Position numbers and translations under genes: made by a program. This document shows, piece after piece, positions 1 to 10,474 of a stretch of DNA of 64,000 bases. Each line of letters starts with the position of its first letter. The first letter of the stretch is position 1. The notes under the pieces are model-generated. The model was not told where the DNA came from, did not search any database, and saw only the letters and a list, made by a program, of their open reading frames with translations. This stretch comes from Candidatus Limnocylindrales bacterium (GTDB lineage: Bacteria; Chloroflexota; Limnocylindria; Limnocylindrales; CSP1-4), in the NCBI GenBank assembly GCA_036274475.1, contig DASUFO010000087.1, forward strand, positions 72,936-136,935, written 5' to 3'.

Positions 1-2529
1 CAGGCCCAGGCCCGTGCCGCCGTAGCGTCGCGCGATCGTGGCGTCAGCCTGGCTGAAGGACTGGAACAAGCGGCCGATCTTGTCGTTCGGGATGCCCATC
101 CCGGAGTCGGACACCGCCAGCCGGAGCTCCCACCGGCCCCGGCCTTCGGCGAGCGGCTCGCCCGTCACCCGGACGACGACCTCGCCGGTCTCGGTGAACT
201 TGATTGCGTTCGAGAGCAGGTTCAGGACGATCTGGCGGAGCCGGCCCGCGTCGCCGACCATCCAGGCGGGGAGCGAGGGCTCCAGCGCGTACGCCAGCTC
301 CAGGCCCTTTTTGGCGGCGACCGGACCCATCACGTCGAGCGCGCCCTCGACCGTTGCGGCGAGCGACAGCGGATGGCTGTCCAGCTCGAACCGGCCGGCC
401 TCGATCTTCGAGAAGTCGAGGATGTCGTTGATGATCGTCAGCAGCGCCTCGCCCGAGGTATGGATCGTCTCGCCGTAGTCGCGTTGCTCATCGTTCAACG
501 GCGTATCGAGCAGGAGCCCGCTCATGCCGATCACGGCATTCATCGGCGTCCGGATCTCGTGGCTCATCGCGGCGAGGAACGCGCTCTTGGCCTGGTTCGC
601 CGCGTCGGCGTCGCGACGCGCCGCAACGAGCTCCGTGATGTCGTGGTAGATCGCGTAGTAGCCGAGGTGCTCTCCGTCGATCACGAGCGGGACCATCACG
701 ATCTCGGCGTCCAGCAGCGACCCATCCTTGCGCATCCGTTGCGCGATCAGCTGCACGCGGCCGTCCTCGAGGGCCCGCCGGGTCAGGTCCTCGCCCTGGG
801 CCCGGAGCTCGTCGGAGCGGAGGATGAGGTCGGCGATCGGCCGGCCGATCGCCTCGTCCTCTGAATACCCGAACAGCGCTGTCGCCGCCGGGTTCCAGCC
901 GGAGACACGCTCGCTTGCGTCCATCGTCACGACCGCGACCGGGCTGACGCCGACGAGCGACTCGAAGTACTGCTTCTGGCGCCGTAGCTCGGCCTCTGCG
1001 GCCTTCTGCTCGGTCGTGTCCACGAAGAAGCCCAGCAGATACTCCGGGTTGCCTTCGGCGTCCTGGACGATGTTGGCGTCGTCGCGCACCCACACCGTCC
1101 GGCCGTCCTTGGTCAGGATCCGATACTCGCTCGCTCGCGCGTTGACGTTGCTCTCGACCCACTCGCGATCGTCGGGGTGGATGATCGTTCCGAAGAATCC
1201 CTCCCGCTTCCAGTCATCCATCGGGTAGCCGAACATCTTCTCGATCGGTGGGCTTACGTAGAGGGACGCGCCCATCGGCTCGCCGGGCGGATCCATGTAC
1301 ACCGCGAGGGGCAGCTCCTCGACCAGGCGGCGGAACCGCTGCTCGCTCTCGGCCAGAGCGTCGAGGGCCGTCGTCAGCTCCGAGGTCCGCTCCTCGACCC
1401 GCCGCTCGAGCGTTTCGACGTTCTCCCGGAGCTGAGCCGTCATCTCGTCGAACGCGACGGCCAGCGCACCAACCTCGTCTTCGGCCTGGATGCCCGACGT
1501 CGCCTGGAGGTCGCCGCCCTGGACGCGACTCGCCGTGGCAGCGAGCGAGAGGATCGGCCCGGTCACCCGGCGGGCGACGAGCGCGATCGCGAGGGCGAGG
1601 AGCAGAGCCGAAACGAGGCCCACCAGCCCGATCGTCAACGCCAGCTGGCGGGCGGATCCGAACGCCTCGTCCTGGGTCATCTCCGCGACGAGGCCGGCTC
1701 CGTGGTCGGCCATCCAGCGGTAGACGCCGACGACCGGCTGGCCGTAGATGTCGGTGTAGAGCCCGCGCCCCGACTGGCCGGCCTTGACGGCGTCGATCGC
1801 GACCGATTGCCGAACGCCGCCGTCCCGCGTTGTCGAGCCCTGGATCAGCTTGCCGTCGGCCCCGACGAGGTAGGCCTGACCGGTCGATCCCAGGCCCGTC
1901 CGCTCCTGGACGATCCGGTCGACGCGCTGCAGGCTGAGATTCGCGGCGATGACCGCGACGCGCCGGCCATAGCCGTCCTGATCGAACAACGGCGTCGCGA
2001 CGGTGATCGTCGGCAGATTCGTCAACGTCGACTGGTACGCGTTCTGGACCGTCGTGTGCGAGGAACCTCGCGCGAAGAACTCCTCGTCTGCCTGAGATAT
2101 GCCCTCGTGGTCCGCCAGGGTCGACAGCTCGACAGTGCCATCGAGGTCGAGGATGTAGATCTCCTCGGCGTCGGCGGTCTGCGAGACGACCTTCCTGAGG
2201 ACTTCGCGAAGACGGTCTTCCGCGGCTCCCCGGTCAGCGGCAGGCGTCGCGTCGTCGAGGAAGTCGCGGGCGTCATCGCCGACACCTGGCATCACGCCGA
2301 CAAACACGACGTTCCGGCTCTGCTCGTCGACCCAGCGGTCGAGCGCGTCGGCCTTGATGCCGGCGATCGCGTCGAGCCGCTCGAAGACCGATTCGGTCAG
2401 GTCGTCGGTCGCCCGGACGTACACGACGGCGCCGACGACGCCGACCGTGACGATCGAGAGGAGCAGGAACGAGCCGACGAGGCGCGCTCGGAGGCTGCGA
2501 CGGAACGGCCTCAGCAAGCCCGCGGTCAC
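1..2529 (-). CDS. Sensor histidine kinase, partial (C-terminus runs off the left edge): TM, Cache-like periplasmic domain, TM, HAMP, PAS, HisKA, HATPase_c
   Basis: Own minus-strand translation; the ORF is absent from the track because it is truncated. GTG start at 2529 gives [35 protein letters not shown] (TM). HAMP: [26 protein letters not shown]: [22 protein letters not shown]-box: [25 protein letters not shown]-box: [21 protein letters not shown]-boxes: VSDSGMGIP and GGTGLGL. The frame is consistent from 2529 to position 1. Confidence 0.9.
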   Translation of the reverse strand, partial: MTAGLLRPFRRSLRARLVGSFLLLSIVTVGVVGAVVYVRATDDLTESVFERLDAIAGIKADALDRWVDEQSRNVVFVGVMPGVGDDARDFLDDATPAADRGAAEDRLREVLRKVVSQTADAEEIYILDLDGTVELSTLADHEGISQADEEFFARGSSHTTVQNAYQSTLTNLPTITVATPLFDQDGYGRRVAVIAANLSLQRVDRIVQERTGLGSTGQAYLVGADGKLIQGSTTRDGGVRQSVAIDAVKAGQSGRGLYTDIYGQPVVGVYRWMADHGAGLVAEMTQDEAFGSARQLALTIGLVGLVSALLLALAIALVARRVTGPILSLAATASRVQGGDLQATSGIQAEDEVGALAVAFDEMTAQLRENVETLERRVEERTSELTTALDALAESEQRFRRLVEELPLAVYMDPPGEPMGASLYVSPPIEKMFGYPMDDWKREGFFGTIIHPDDREWVESNVNARASEYRILTKDGRTVWVRDDANIVQDAEGNPEYLLGFFVDTTEQKAAEAELRRQKQYFESLVGVSPVAVVTMDASERVSGWNPAATALFGYSEDEAIGRPIADLILRSDELRAQGEDLTRRALEDGRVQLIAQRMRKDGSLLDAEIVMVPLVIDGEHLGYYAIYHDITELVAARRDADAANQAKSAFLAAMSHEIRTPMNAVIGMSGLLLDTPLNDEQRDYGETIHTSGEALLTIINDILDFSKIEAGRFELDSHPLSLAATVEGALDVMGPVAAKKGLELAYALEPSLPAWMVGDAGRLRQIVLNLLSNAIKFTETGEVVVRVTGEPLAEGRGRWELRLAVSDSGMGIPNDKIGRLFQSFSQADATIARRYGGTGLGL

Positions 2530-2545
2530 GCCGATGCCACCGCGA

Positions 2546-3478
2546 CTAGGGAACGGTCTGGCCCACGGCCGAGAGGTCGAACGACCCCGCCGGCGTGGCA
2601 TAGTCGGATCCGAAGAACTCCTGCGACAGCGCCTTGAGCTTGCCCGCCGCGTGGAGGCCGCTGACCTCGGCACTGATCCGATCGATGAAGGCCTTCGGGT
2701 CGAGCGCAAGGTCGCGATCGATGTAGCCCGACTTTTGCGTGTAGTACGCGGGTGTCTCGAGCTCGCGCAGCGCCGCGCCGTCCTTGATCGCCCCCAGCCC
2801 GACCGGCTCGCTGCAGAGGAACGCGTCGATCTCGCCGTTCGCGGTGTCCTCGAGCCCGGGCAGCTCCTGGTTGTAGGTCACGATCTGCGGGTCATCGACG
2901 AGCCAGTCGATCGTCGCGCCTGGCAGTTCCAGCGTTCGGCGCAGGTACTGGTCGTGGGTGCAGCCCGAGCACGCCCCGATCTCCTTGCCGGAGAGCTCCT
3001 CCGGCTTCGTCACCGAGGAGCTCGTTCCCACAAAGAAGGTGGCCGGCGTTGAGTAGTACGGCTGGGTCACGTAGAGCGTCTCCATCCGGGACACCGTGAT
3101 GGCACCTGACGCCCACGCGACGTCGAACCGGTCGCCCCAGCTGCCACCGATCATCGAATCGAACGGGGTGCTGACGAAGCACGGCTCGAGGCCCATCGCG
3201 GCGGCGACGAGCTTGCCGGTCTCGGCGTCGTAGCCGGAGACCTCGGGGCCGGTCAGCTGGTTCGGGGTGCACTTCGTCTCGGCCGCCCGCGTCGCGCCCT
3301 CGACGGCAAAGGACTGTGGCGGGTACTCGAGGTCGGTCCAGAGGACGAGCGTGCCGCGCGCCAGGACCTGGGCCAGCTTGTCCTTCGCCGGGTCCGCGGT
3401 CGGTGCGGCAGGCGACGACGCTGTTCCGCTGCAGGCGGCAAGCAGGCCGAGGATCGCCAGCGCGGCGATGCGCCTCAT
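2546..3478 (-). CDS. Lipoprotein, family-3 (amino-acid type) periplasmic solute-binding protein, paralogue 1
   Basis: Track ORF 2546..3550 trimmed to the ATG at 3478. Lipobox [21 protein letters not shown]_bac_3-like body. The start overlaps the stop of the upstream paralogue (TGATG). Confidence 0.8.
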   Translation of the reverse strand: MRRIAALAILGLLAACSGTASSPAAPTADPAKDKLAQVLARGTLVLWTDLEYPPQSFAVEGATRAAETKCTPNQLTGPEVSGYDAETGKLVAAAMGLEPCFVSTPFDSMIGGSWGDRFDVAWASGAITVSRMETLYVTQPYYSTPATFFVGTSSSVTKPEELSGKEIGACSGCTHDQYLRRTLELPGATIDWLVDDPQIVTYNQELPGLEDTANGEIDAFLCSEPVGLGAIKDGAALRELETPAYYTQKSGYIDRDLALDPKAFIDRISAEVSGLHAAGKLKALSQEFFGSDYATPAGSFDLSAVGQTVP

Positions 3479-4428
3479 CACTTGACCTCCTGATCGAGCA
3501 CGGACAGATCGAACGCCCCGGCCTGCGTCGTGTAATCGGTCTTGAACCACTCCTCGGAGAGCGCCTTCATCGTGCCGTCGGCATGCGCAGCCCGGAGGAT
3601 CTCGTTGACGCGGTCGACGAACGGCTTGACCGCAAGACCGGAGCCCTTGTCGACGAACCCGGACGGGTACATCGAGAACGCGGTCTCGTCGAGGATCCGG
3701 AGGGCCTTGCCTGCGGCGATCGCTTCCTTGGCCACCGGCTCTGACGTCAGAAACGCGTCGAGCTCACCATTGCCCAGCGCGTCGATGCCGGGCGCCTCGG
3801 TCTCGTAGCCGGCAAGCTCGGGGTCCTTCACCTTCTGGACGAGGTCGACGCCCGGGATCTCGAGCGTCCCCTGGAGGTATGACTCGACCGTGCAGCTCGT
3901 GCACGTCCCGATCGTCTTTCCGTCCAGATCCGACGGCTTCTGGTACGGCGAGTCCTCCGCGACCACGAACACCTGCGGGATGTAGTAGTAGGGCTGCGTC
4001 ATCCAGAGGTGTTCCATCCGCGTGGCGTTGATCGCGCCGGACGCGTAGGCGATGTCGAGCCGGTCGGTCCAGTTCCCGGCGGTTATCTCGGTGAACGTCG
4101 GCTGGACGAAGCAGGCCTCGACGCCGAGCTTCTTCGCGACGAGCTTCGTGGTCTCGATGTCGAAGCCGGTCACTTCCTGGGCGGTGATCTGGTTCGGGAG
4201 GCACTTCGTCTCGGTCGCCCGAGGTACGCCCTCGTTCCGGATCGACTGCGGCGGGTAATCGAGCTCCGCATACCCCACCAGCGTTCCGCGAGCCTGGATC
4301 TGGGCGAGCTTGTCCTTCGTCGGATCGGCGGTCGGCGCGGAACCGGACCCGCTGCATGCCGCGACCGCGGCGATGATCACCAAGGCAGCGACCAGGCACG
4401 CGCCGGTCCGCCGAGTGCCACGCACCAT
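3478..4428 (-). CDS. Lipoprotein, family-3 periplasmic solute-binding protein, paralogue 2
   Basis: Track ORF 3478..4566 trimmed to the ATG at 4428. Lipobox LVAALVIIAAVAACSGSG. Roughly half the residues are identical by eye to the 2546..3478 product, including conserved Cys positions (ETKC...C, C..C). Confidence 0.8.
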   Translation of the reverse strand: MVRGTRRTGACLVAALVIIAAVAACSGSGSAPTADPTKDKLAQIQARGTLVGYAELDYPPQSIRNEGVPRATETKCLPNQITAQEVTGFDIETTKLVAKKLGVEACFVQPTFTEITAGNWTDRLDIAYASGAINATRMEHLWMTQPYYYIPQVFVVAEDSPYQKPSDLDGKTIGTCTSCTVESYLQGTLEIPGVDLVQKVKDPELAGYETEAPGIDALGNGELDAFLTSEPVAKEAIAAGKALRILDETAFSMYPSGFVDKGSGLAVKPFVDRVNEILRAAHADGTMKALSEEWFKTDYTTQAGAFDLSVLDQEVK

Positions 4429-4574
4429 CGGACTCTCCTCCGCCCCGGCAGGACGTCGTGGCGCTCGGCAGGGCTGCTGGTGACGGGCCGGCGCCTCGGC
4501 GCATCGTACTCGCGACGGCGCCCGTCGGACTGTCGATTCCGCGACGCGCCGGGGGTCGCACGTCACGGGAATCG

Positions 4575-4607
4575 CGAGGCCGGTCCCGGGTTTCGGGACC
4601 GGCCTCG
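4575..4607 (-). terminator. Stem-loop downstream of dnaK (14-bp perfect stem, 5-nt loop)
   Basis: cgaggccggtcccg-ggttt-cgggaccggcctcg lies 26 nt after the dnaK stop. There is no clear U-tract. Confidence 0.5.
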
Positions 4608-4632
4608 CCGTGTGGCGCGGGATGCTCCTCGG

Positions 4633-6579
4633 TCAGACTTCCTTGAACTCGCCCTCGACCGTCTCGTCGGCGGCGCCGCCGGCAGCGGCTCCGGCCGGCT
4701 CGCCCTCGGGCTCTCCGCCCTCGGTCTCGCCGCCAGTCCCGTCGGTTCCGTTGCCGCCGGCCTCCGACGCGGACGCCTGGTAGGCCGCCGTGGACACCCG
4801 GTTGAGCGTCTCGGCCAGGGCCGTCGCGCCGGTCGTGATCGCCGACATGTCGGAGCCCTTCAGTGCCTCGCGGAGCGACGACACCTGGTTCTCGATCTCC
4901 GCCTTGTCCTCGGACGACACCTTGTCGCCGAGATCCTTGACGGTCCGCTCGGCCTGGTAGGTCAGCTGCTCCGCCTGGTTGCGGGTCTCGACCTCTTCGC
5001 GCCGCTGGCGGTCCTCGTCGGCGTGCTCGGACGCCTCGCGGACCATCTTGTCGACGTCGTCCTTCGACAGCATCGAGGACGCGGTGATGCGGACCTGCTG
5101 CTCCTTGCCGGTCGCCCGGTCCTTGGCCCGCACGTCGAGGATGCCGTTGGCGTCGATGTCGAACGTGACCTCGATCTGGGGCACGCCCCGGGGCGCCGGC
5201 GGGATGCCGTCGAGGATGAACGTGCCCAGCGTCTTGTTGTCCGCGGCGAACTCGCGCTCGCCCTGGAGGACCCGGATCTCGACCTGCGACTGCTGGTCGG
5301 ACGCGGTCGAGAAGACCTGCGACTTCGAGGTCGGGATCGTCGTGTTCCGCTCGATCAGCTTCGTCGTCACGCCACCAAGCGTCTCGATGCCGAGCGAGAG
5401 TGGCGTCACGTCGAGCAGCAGGACGTCCTTGACGTCGCCGGCGAGGACCCCGGCCTGGATCGCGGCGCCGATGCCGACGACCTCGTCCGGGTTGACGCCC
5501 TTGTGGGGCTCCTTGCCGTTGAACATGTCCTTGACGGCGTCGACGACCGCGGGCATCCGGGTCTGGCCACCGACGAGGATCACCTCGTCGATGTCGGTCG
5601 CCTTGAGGCCGGCGTCCTTGAGCGCGGCCTCGACCGGCTTGCGGGTCTTCTCGATCAGGTCGCGGACGAGCTCCTCGAGCTTGGCCCGGGAGAGCGTCAC
5701 GACGAGGTGCTTGGGCCCGGAGGCGTCCGCGGTGATGTAGGGCAGGTTGATCTCGGTCGAGGACGTGGTCGACAGCTCGATCTTCGCCTTCTCCGCGGCC
5801 TCCTTCAGGCGCTGGAGCGCCTGGGGATCCTTGGAGAGGTCGATGCCCTGATCCTTCTTGAACTCGGCCAGCAGCCACTCGATGACGCGCTGGTCGAAGT
5901 CGTCGCCGCCGAGATGGGTGTCGCCGTTCGTGGCCTTGACCTCGAAGACGCCCTCACCCAGCTCGAGGATCGAGATGTCGAACGTGCCGCCACCCAGGTC
6001 GTACACGGCGATCTTCTCGTCGTGCTTCTTGTCGAGGCCATAGGCAAGCGCCGACGCGGTGGGCTCGTTGATGATGCGCTTGACCTCGAGACCCGCGATC
6101 CGGCCGGCGTCCTTCGTCGCCTGGCGCTGCGTGTCGTCGAAGTAGGCCGGGACGGTGATGACGGCCTCGGTGACCTTGTCGCCGAGATACGCCTCCGCGT
6201 CGGCCTTGAGCTTCTGGAGGATCATCGCGCTGATCTCGGGCGGCGTGTAGGTCTTGTCGGCGACCTTGACGACGACGCCGTCGCTCTTGGGGTCCTTCTC
6301 GACGGTGTAGCTGACGAGCTCCCTGGCGCGCTTCGTCTCGGGGTCGTCCCAGCGGCGACCCATGAAGCGCTTGATGGAGTAGATGGTGTTGGCGGGATTC
6401 GTGACCGCCTGGCGCTTCGCCAGCTGGCCGACGAGCCGCTCGCCGGTCTTCGTGAAGGCGACGACGGACGGGACGGTCCGACCGCCCTCCGCCGAGGCGA
6501 TGACGGTGGGCTCGCCGCCCTCCATCACCGCGACGACGCTGTTCGTCGTCCCGAGGTCGATGCCGATGATCTTGGCCAT
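4633..6579 (-). CDS. dnaK: Molecular chaperone DnaK (Hsp70)
   Basis: 648 aa. [34 protein letters not shown] and [11 protein letters not shown] are canonical Hsp70 signatures. Confidence 0.99.
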   Translation of the reverse strand: MAKIIGIDLGTTNSVVAVMEGGEPTVIASAEGGRTVPSVVAFTKTGERLVGQLAKRQAVTNPANTIYSIKRFMGRRWDDPETKRARELVSYTVEKDPKSDGVVVKVADKTYTPPEISAMILQKLKADAEAYLGDKVTEAVITVPAYFDDTQRQATKDAGRIAGLEVKRIINEPTASALAYGLDKKHDEKIAVYDLGGGTFDISILELGEGVFEVKATNGDTHLGGDDFDQRVIEWLLAEFKKDQGIDLSKDPQALQRLKEAAEKAKIELSTTSSTEINLPYITADASGPKHLVVTLSRAKLEELVRDLIEKTRKPVEAALKDAGLKATDIDEVILVGGQTRMPAVVDAVKDMFNGKEPHKGVNPDEVVGIGAAIQAGVLAGDVKDVLLLDVTPLSLGIETLGGVTTKLIERNTTIPTSKSQVFSTASDQQSQVEIRVLQGEREFAADNKTLGTFILDGIPPAPRGVPQIEVTFDIDANGILDVRAKDRATGKEQQVRITASSMLSKDDVDKMVREASEHADEDRQRREEVETRNQAEQLTYQAERTVKDLGDKVSSEDKAEIENQVSSLREALKGSDMSAITTGATALAETLNRVSTAAYQASASEAGGNGTDGTGGETEGGEPEGEPAGAAAGGAADETVEGEFKEV

Positions 6580-6613
6580 CTGTGGTGTCTCTCCTGTCGT
6601 TGTCGGTAGTGGA

Positions 6614-7213
6614 TCAGTTCAGCTTTGGTGATTCGTTGGTGGCGGCTTCGCCCGCCTCGGGTGCCGCCCCGTCGGACGATGCGGCTACGGCGACGAGCGC
6701 CGGCCGGACGACGCGGTCGCGGAGGCGGTAGCCCCGGCGGACCTCCTCGACGATCTCGCCGTCACCGCGCTCGGTGCCCGGCACCGAGGCGATCGCCTCG
6801 TGCTCGCGAGGATCGAACGGTGTGCCCGGCGAGGCCTCGATCTGGCTCACACCCTCGCTCTCGAGCAGCGCCCGGAGCTTGCGGTCGATCGCGGCGACCC
6901 CCTCGACCCACGGATCCGTGGCGATCTCGGCGGGCCGGGCATCGATCGCCCGGTCGAAGTCGTCGGCGAGCGCGAGGACCTTCCGGATCAGGTCCTCACC
7001 GGCGAGGCCGAGCATCTGCTCCCGCTCCTCGGCCGTCCGGCGCCGGTAGTTCGCGAACTCGGCCCGCTCCCGCTGGAGGCCGGCGAGGTATTCGTCGGCC
7101 TTCTGCCGGGCGGCGTCGCGCTCCCCGGTGAGCGCCTCGATGTCGGCCAGGAGCTTCGTCGGCGAGATGTCGATCTCGTCGGCCCGCTCCTGGGCCCTCG
7201 TACGTTGACTCAT
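6614..7213 (-). CDS. grpE: Nucleotide exchange factor GrpE
   Basis: Track ORF 6614..7996 trimmed to the ATG at 7213 (MSQRTRAQE...). Motifs: [38 protein letters not shown]. The upstream extension is Arg/Pro-rich junk overlapping hrcA. Confidence 0.95.
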   Translation of the reverse strand: MSQRTRAQERADEIDISPTKLLADIEALTGERDAARQKADEYLAGLQRERAEFANYRRRTAEEREQMLGLAGEDLIRKVLALADDFDRAIDARPAEIATDPWVEGVAAIDRKLRALLESEGVSQIEASPGTPFDPREHEAIASVPGTERGDGEIVEEVRRGYRLRDRVVRPALVAVAASSDGAAPEAGEAATNESPKLN

Positions 7214-7275
7214 GCGGCTCCTCCCGGTCGACGTTGTTCGTGGTCCGTCGTCGTGGTCGTGGTCGTGGTCATCGG

Positions 7276-8337
7276 TCAGGCCTGGATGTGGGCGACGAGC
7301 TCGTTCATCAGACCCGAGACGAACCGGACCGTCCCGATCGCCTGGCGATACGCCATGCGCGTCGGCCCGAGCACACCGACGACGCCGACGGCCCGGCTCG
7401 GCTCGCCATACGAGGCGAGGACGAGCGAGACGTCGCGCATCTCGTCGGGGCCGTTTTCGGCGCCGATGAATGCCTGGACCCGGCCCGATCCGGCGATCGA
7501 GTCGAACAGGCCACCCAGGTACGAGCGGTTCTCGAGCGCCGCGAACACGCGGCGGAGCTTCTCGCTCCGATCGAATTCGGGCGCATCCATGACATGAAGG
7601 AGGCCGTCGCTGAAGACCTCCTCGATCGGGCTGGCGTCGTAGTCGCGGACGGCGGCGAGGACGCGCTGGCCGACGACGTCGACCAGGCTGCCGATGGGAC
7701 CGCTCGAATCGATCCTCGCGAGCGCCCGATCGGCATCGGCCGCCGTGCGGCCGGCCATGATTCCGTCGAGGATCACGGCGGCCCGCGTGAGGTCCTGCTG
7801 CTCGGTCGCGTCCGGCAGCGTGACGAGCACCTGGCGGACCGCTCCCTCGCGGAACACGATGATCAGGCTCGCGAGCCGCTCGGAGATCGAGACGAGGTCG
7901 ATCCGGCGGACGTGGGCCGTCCGCGGCTTCGCGGGCGTCACGATCGCGGCGGTCCGGTTCGCTGCGGCGAGGATCGTCGCCGCGAGGCGGAACCATTGCT
8001 CGCTGGCGTGCTGCACCTGGCCGAACTGGTGGCGGATCATCAGCTGCTCGACGGGCGGCAGGATCGCGCTGTCGGCGATCGATTCGACGAAGTAGCGGTA
8101 CCCCGCGTCGGTCGGGACGCGCCCCGCGGACGTGTGGGGGTGGGTCAGGAGCCCGGCCGATTCGAGATCGGACAGGATGTTGCGCACGGTCGCGCTCGAC
8201 ACGCCAAGACCGTAGCGCTCGACGAGCGCCGCGGAACCGACGGGTGTCGCGGTGTCGACGTATTCCTCGATGACCGCCCGAAGGATCGACTGTGAACGAG
8301 GATCCAGCGAGCCGGCGGTGCGGACGCGTCGCGCCAA
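7276..8337 (-). CDS. hrcA: Heat-inducible transcription repressor HrcA
   Basis: 353 aa. LDPRSQSILRAVIEEYVDTATPVGSAALVERYGLGVSSATVRNILSDLESAGLLTHPHTSAGRVPTDAGYRYF. Confidence 0.97.
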   Translation of the reverse strand: MARRVRTAGSLDPRSQSILRAVIEEYVDTATPVGSAALVERYGLGVSSATVRNILSDLESAGLLTHPHTSAGRVPTDAGYRYFVESIADSAILPPVEQLMIRHQFGQVQHASEQWFRLAATILAAANRTAAIVTPAKPRTAHVRRIDLVSISERLASLIIVFREGAVRQVLVTLPDATEQQDLTRAAVILDGIMAGRTAADADRALARIDSSGPIGSLVDVVGQRVLAAVRDYDASPIEEVFSDGLLHVMDAPEFDRSEKLRRVFAALENRSYLGGLFDSIAGSGRVQAFIGAENGPDEMRDVSLVLASYGEPSRAVGVVGVLGPTRMAYRQAIGTVRFVSGLMNELVAHIQA

Positions 8338-8365
8338 CGTGGTGCCTCTCGTATGTGCCAGGGAG

Positions 8366-8392
8366 TTAGCACTCTATGGTCGAGAGTGCTAA
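8366..8392 (-). promoter_or_regulatory. CIRCE operator (HrcA binding site), perfect inverted repeat
   Basis: TTAGCACTC-tatggtcga-GAGTGCTAA matches the consensus TTAGCACTC-N9-GAGTGCTAA exactly. It lies 29 nt upstream of the hrcA start. Confidence 0.95.
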
Positions 8393-8395
8393 CGA

Positions 8396-8425
8396 ACTTT
8401 AGCAGTCCGGAGAGCGGAGTGTCAA
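8396..8425 (-). promoter_or_regulatory. Putative sigmaA-type promoter of hrcA-grpE-dnaK
   Basis: On the minus strand: TTGACA (8425..8420), 18 nt, TAAAGT (8401..8396). CIRCE begins 4 nt after the -10. Confidence 0.6.
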
Positions 8426-8471
8426 AGCTCTGGGCAGCATTCTGCCACGCGCAGCTGCCGTTCGCGTTGCC

Positions 8472-9701
8472 TCAGACCAGCCGGGAAAACAGCTCGTTCG
8501 AGAGCAGCCGGCCGCGCGTCGTCAGGACGATCCGGTCCGTTTCGGTCACGGCGAGGAGCTCGGCCGCGAGCGCCCACCCGAACCAGTCGCCAAGCGGTGG
8601 CTCCGTCGCGGCCTCGAGTGGCAATCCGGTGTCGAGCCTGAGGCCAAGGATCGCGGCTTCCGCGGCAGCGGTCTCGGGATCGATCGACTCGGCGCCGCCG
8701 GGTGGAAGCGCATGCTCCGCCAGCGCCGCGACGTAGCGGTCGAGACGCGCGGCGTTCCAGCGGCGGGTAGCGCCGTCGAACGCGTGCGCCCCCGGGCCGA
8801 CCGCCTCGTACGGCTCGCGTCGCCAGTACGCGAGATTGTGGCGGCTCTCGTGCCCCGGTCGCGCCCAGTTCGAGATCTCGTAGCCACGCCAGCCGTCGTC
8901 CGCCAATCGGACGACCGCGTGGTGGTACTCCGCGGCGGCCCGGTCCTCGTCCTGCTCGGGTCTGGCGGTGGCCCGCCAGCGGCGCGCCCCGGCGGTCGAC
9001 GGCAGATGGTCGCCCTCGACGCCCGTCAGGCCCTCCGCGTCGGGATCGTCGAGGGTCAGGGCGTAGAGGGAGAGGTGATCCGGTGCGAGTTCGACTGCCG
9101 CGTCCAGCGTCGCCATCCAGGTCGCGACGGAGCCGCCCGGGACGTCGTAGACGAGGTCGACGTTGACCGATCCGATCCCGCCGGCGCGCGCCGCCGCAAC
9201 CGCGTCGGTCACGTCGTCGGGCCGGTGGCGGCGGCCGAGGCGACGAAGCTCCCCGGGGTCAAGGCTCTGTGCGCCGATCGACACTCTCGTGATGCCTGCC
9301 CGGGCGAGCGCCGCGGCGTCACCGCGCTCGTCCGGGCCGGGGTTCGCCTCGAGCGTCACCTCGGCGTCAGGCGCGAGCCCGAAGCGGCGACCCGCGAGCT
9401 CGACGAGTCGGGCAATCTCGTCGGCCGGGATCAACGACGGCGTGCCCCCGCCGAGGTAGAGCGACACGAGCGGCGCGCGCTCGCCGAATCGCTCGTCGAG
9501 TGCGTCGGCCCGGAGCTCGAGCTCCGCCGAAAGGGCCCCCAGCAGCTCCGCCACGCGGTTCCGCGGCCCGCGCGCGGCCGAGCCCGCGTACACCACGAAG
9601 TCGCAGTACGGACAGACGGAGACGCAGAACGGGATGTGGACGTAGAGGGCGACCGGTGGCGATGGCTGCGCGGTCCCCGGGCGAGCTCCGGGAGCCGTCA
9701 C
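8472..9701 (-). CDS. hemW: Radical SAM heme chaperone HemW (HemN-like, oxygen-independent coproporphyrinogen oxidase family)
   Basis: 409 aa. ALYVHIPFCVSVCPYCDF carries the CxxxCxxC radical-SAM motif. Conserved position between lepA and hrcA. The start overlaps the upstream stop (GTGA). Confidence 0.9.
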   Translation of the reverse strand: MTAPGARPGTAQPSPPVALYVHIPFCVSVCPYCDFVVYAGSAARGPRNRVAELLGALSAELELRADALDERFGERAPLVSLYLGGGTPSLIPADEIARLVELAGRRFGLAPDAEVTLEANPGPDERGDAAALARAGITRVSIGAQSLDPGELRRLGRRHRPDDVTDAVAAARAGGIGSVNVDLVYDVPGGSVATWMATLDAAVELAPDHLSLYALTLDDPDAEGLTGVEGDHLPSTAGARRWRATARPEQDEDRAAAEYHHAVVRLADDGWRGYEISNWARPGHESRHNLAYWRREPYEAVGPGAHAFDGATRRWNAARLDRYVAALAEHALPPGGAESIDPETAAAEAAILGLRLDTGLPLEAATEPPLGDWFGWALAAELLAVTETDRIVLTTRGRLLSNELFSRLV

Positions 9702-10468
9702 CGATCGCGCTGTGCCGGCTCCCGCGGCCCGATCACGCGCCAGCCGTCCGGCGGGCGGCGCTTCTTGTCGATCTCCTCTTCCTCGCGGCCGCGCGGGAGG
9801 AACTGGCCGGCATGACCCGTCGTGAGGAACACCGCGAAGCGCGTCACCGAATGGCCGAGGAACGCCGCCGCGATCCCGCCGGTCACGCCCGTGATCCAGC
9901 CGCCGACGAGGCCAACCGCGAGCGCCATGACGAGCATGTAGCGGTTGCGACCCGGAGCGCCCAGGCGCGTGGCGAGCGTGTAGACGAGGGCCTGAATCAC
10001 GTTGGCGACGCTCGGGTTGAGACCGGTCGCCAGGAGCAGGCCGAAGAGCGCGCCACGGAACGTCACCTCGTCGATGAGCGCGGTCGACACCGCGTTGATC
10101 AACGCACCCGGGTAGGACCAGATGTCAGGCAGCCGGACGCGGCGATAGCGATAGAGCGCGACCGCGACCGCGACCGCGACTCCGACCAGGCCGTACAGGA
10201 ATGCATAGGCGAGCGTCTTCACCCGGTCGTCGCCAGCCCCGAGCATGAACTCCTCGCGGGCGGCGGGATGGATGAACAGGATCCCGGCGATCAGCGCGAA
10301 GCCGATGCCATACCACGCGATCCGGCGCCGGAAGGAGGGCGGTCGTCCGTCGTGGTCCTCGTCGTACTCCGCGGCGCTGAACCGCTCGGCCTCGAGGCGA
10401 AGCATCACCAGCAGGAGGGCGAGGCCCGCGGCGATCATCCGCTGAAGCGTCGGGAGCCACTCGTCCAC
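9698..10468 (-). CDS. CPBP family intramembrane glutamic endopeptidase (CAAX protease-like)
   Basis: Multi-TM, 256 aa. Motif LIDEVTFRGALFGLL (EExxxR-like) plus the later FLGHSVTRF. Start position not verified. Confidence 0.7.
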   Translation of the reverse strand: MDEWLPTLQRMIAAGLALLLVMLRLEAERFSAAEYDEDHDGRPPSFRRRIAWYGIGFALIAGILFIHPAAREEFMLGAGDDRVKTLAYAFLYGLVGVAVAVAVALYRYRRVRLPDIWSYPGALINAVSTALIDEVTFRGALFGLLLATGLNPSVANVIQALVYTLATRLGAPGRNRYMLVMALAVGLVGGWITGVTGGIAAAFLGHSVTRFAVFLTTGHAGQFLPRGREEEEIDKKRRPPDGWRVIGPREPAQRDR

Positions 10469-10474
10469 GCCCGC

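Noticed and set aside
3764-6609. Very long ORFs (704 aa on the minus strand in another frame, 866 aa on the plus strand) overlapping dnaK
   Set aside because: Their translations are Arg/Pro/Gly/Asp-rich low-complexity strings typical of off-frame reading of GC-rich DNA. dnaK in the third frame is unambiguous.
6614-7996. 460-aa version of the grpE ORF
   Set aside because: The N-terminal 261 codons overlap hrcA and are Arg/Pro-rich. The GrpE homology begins at the ATG at 7213.
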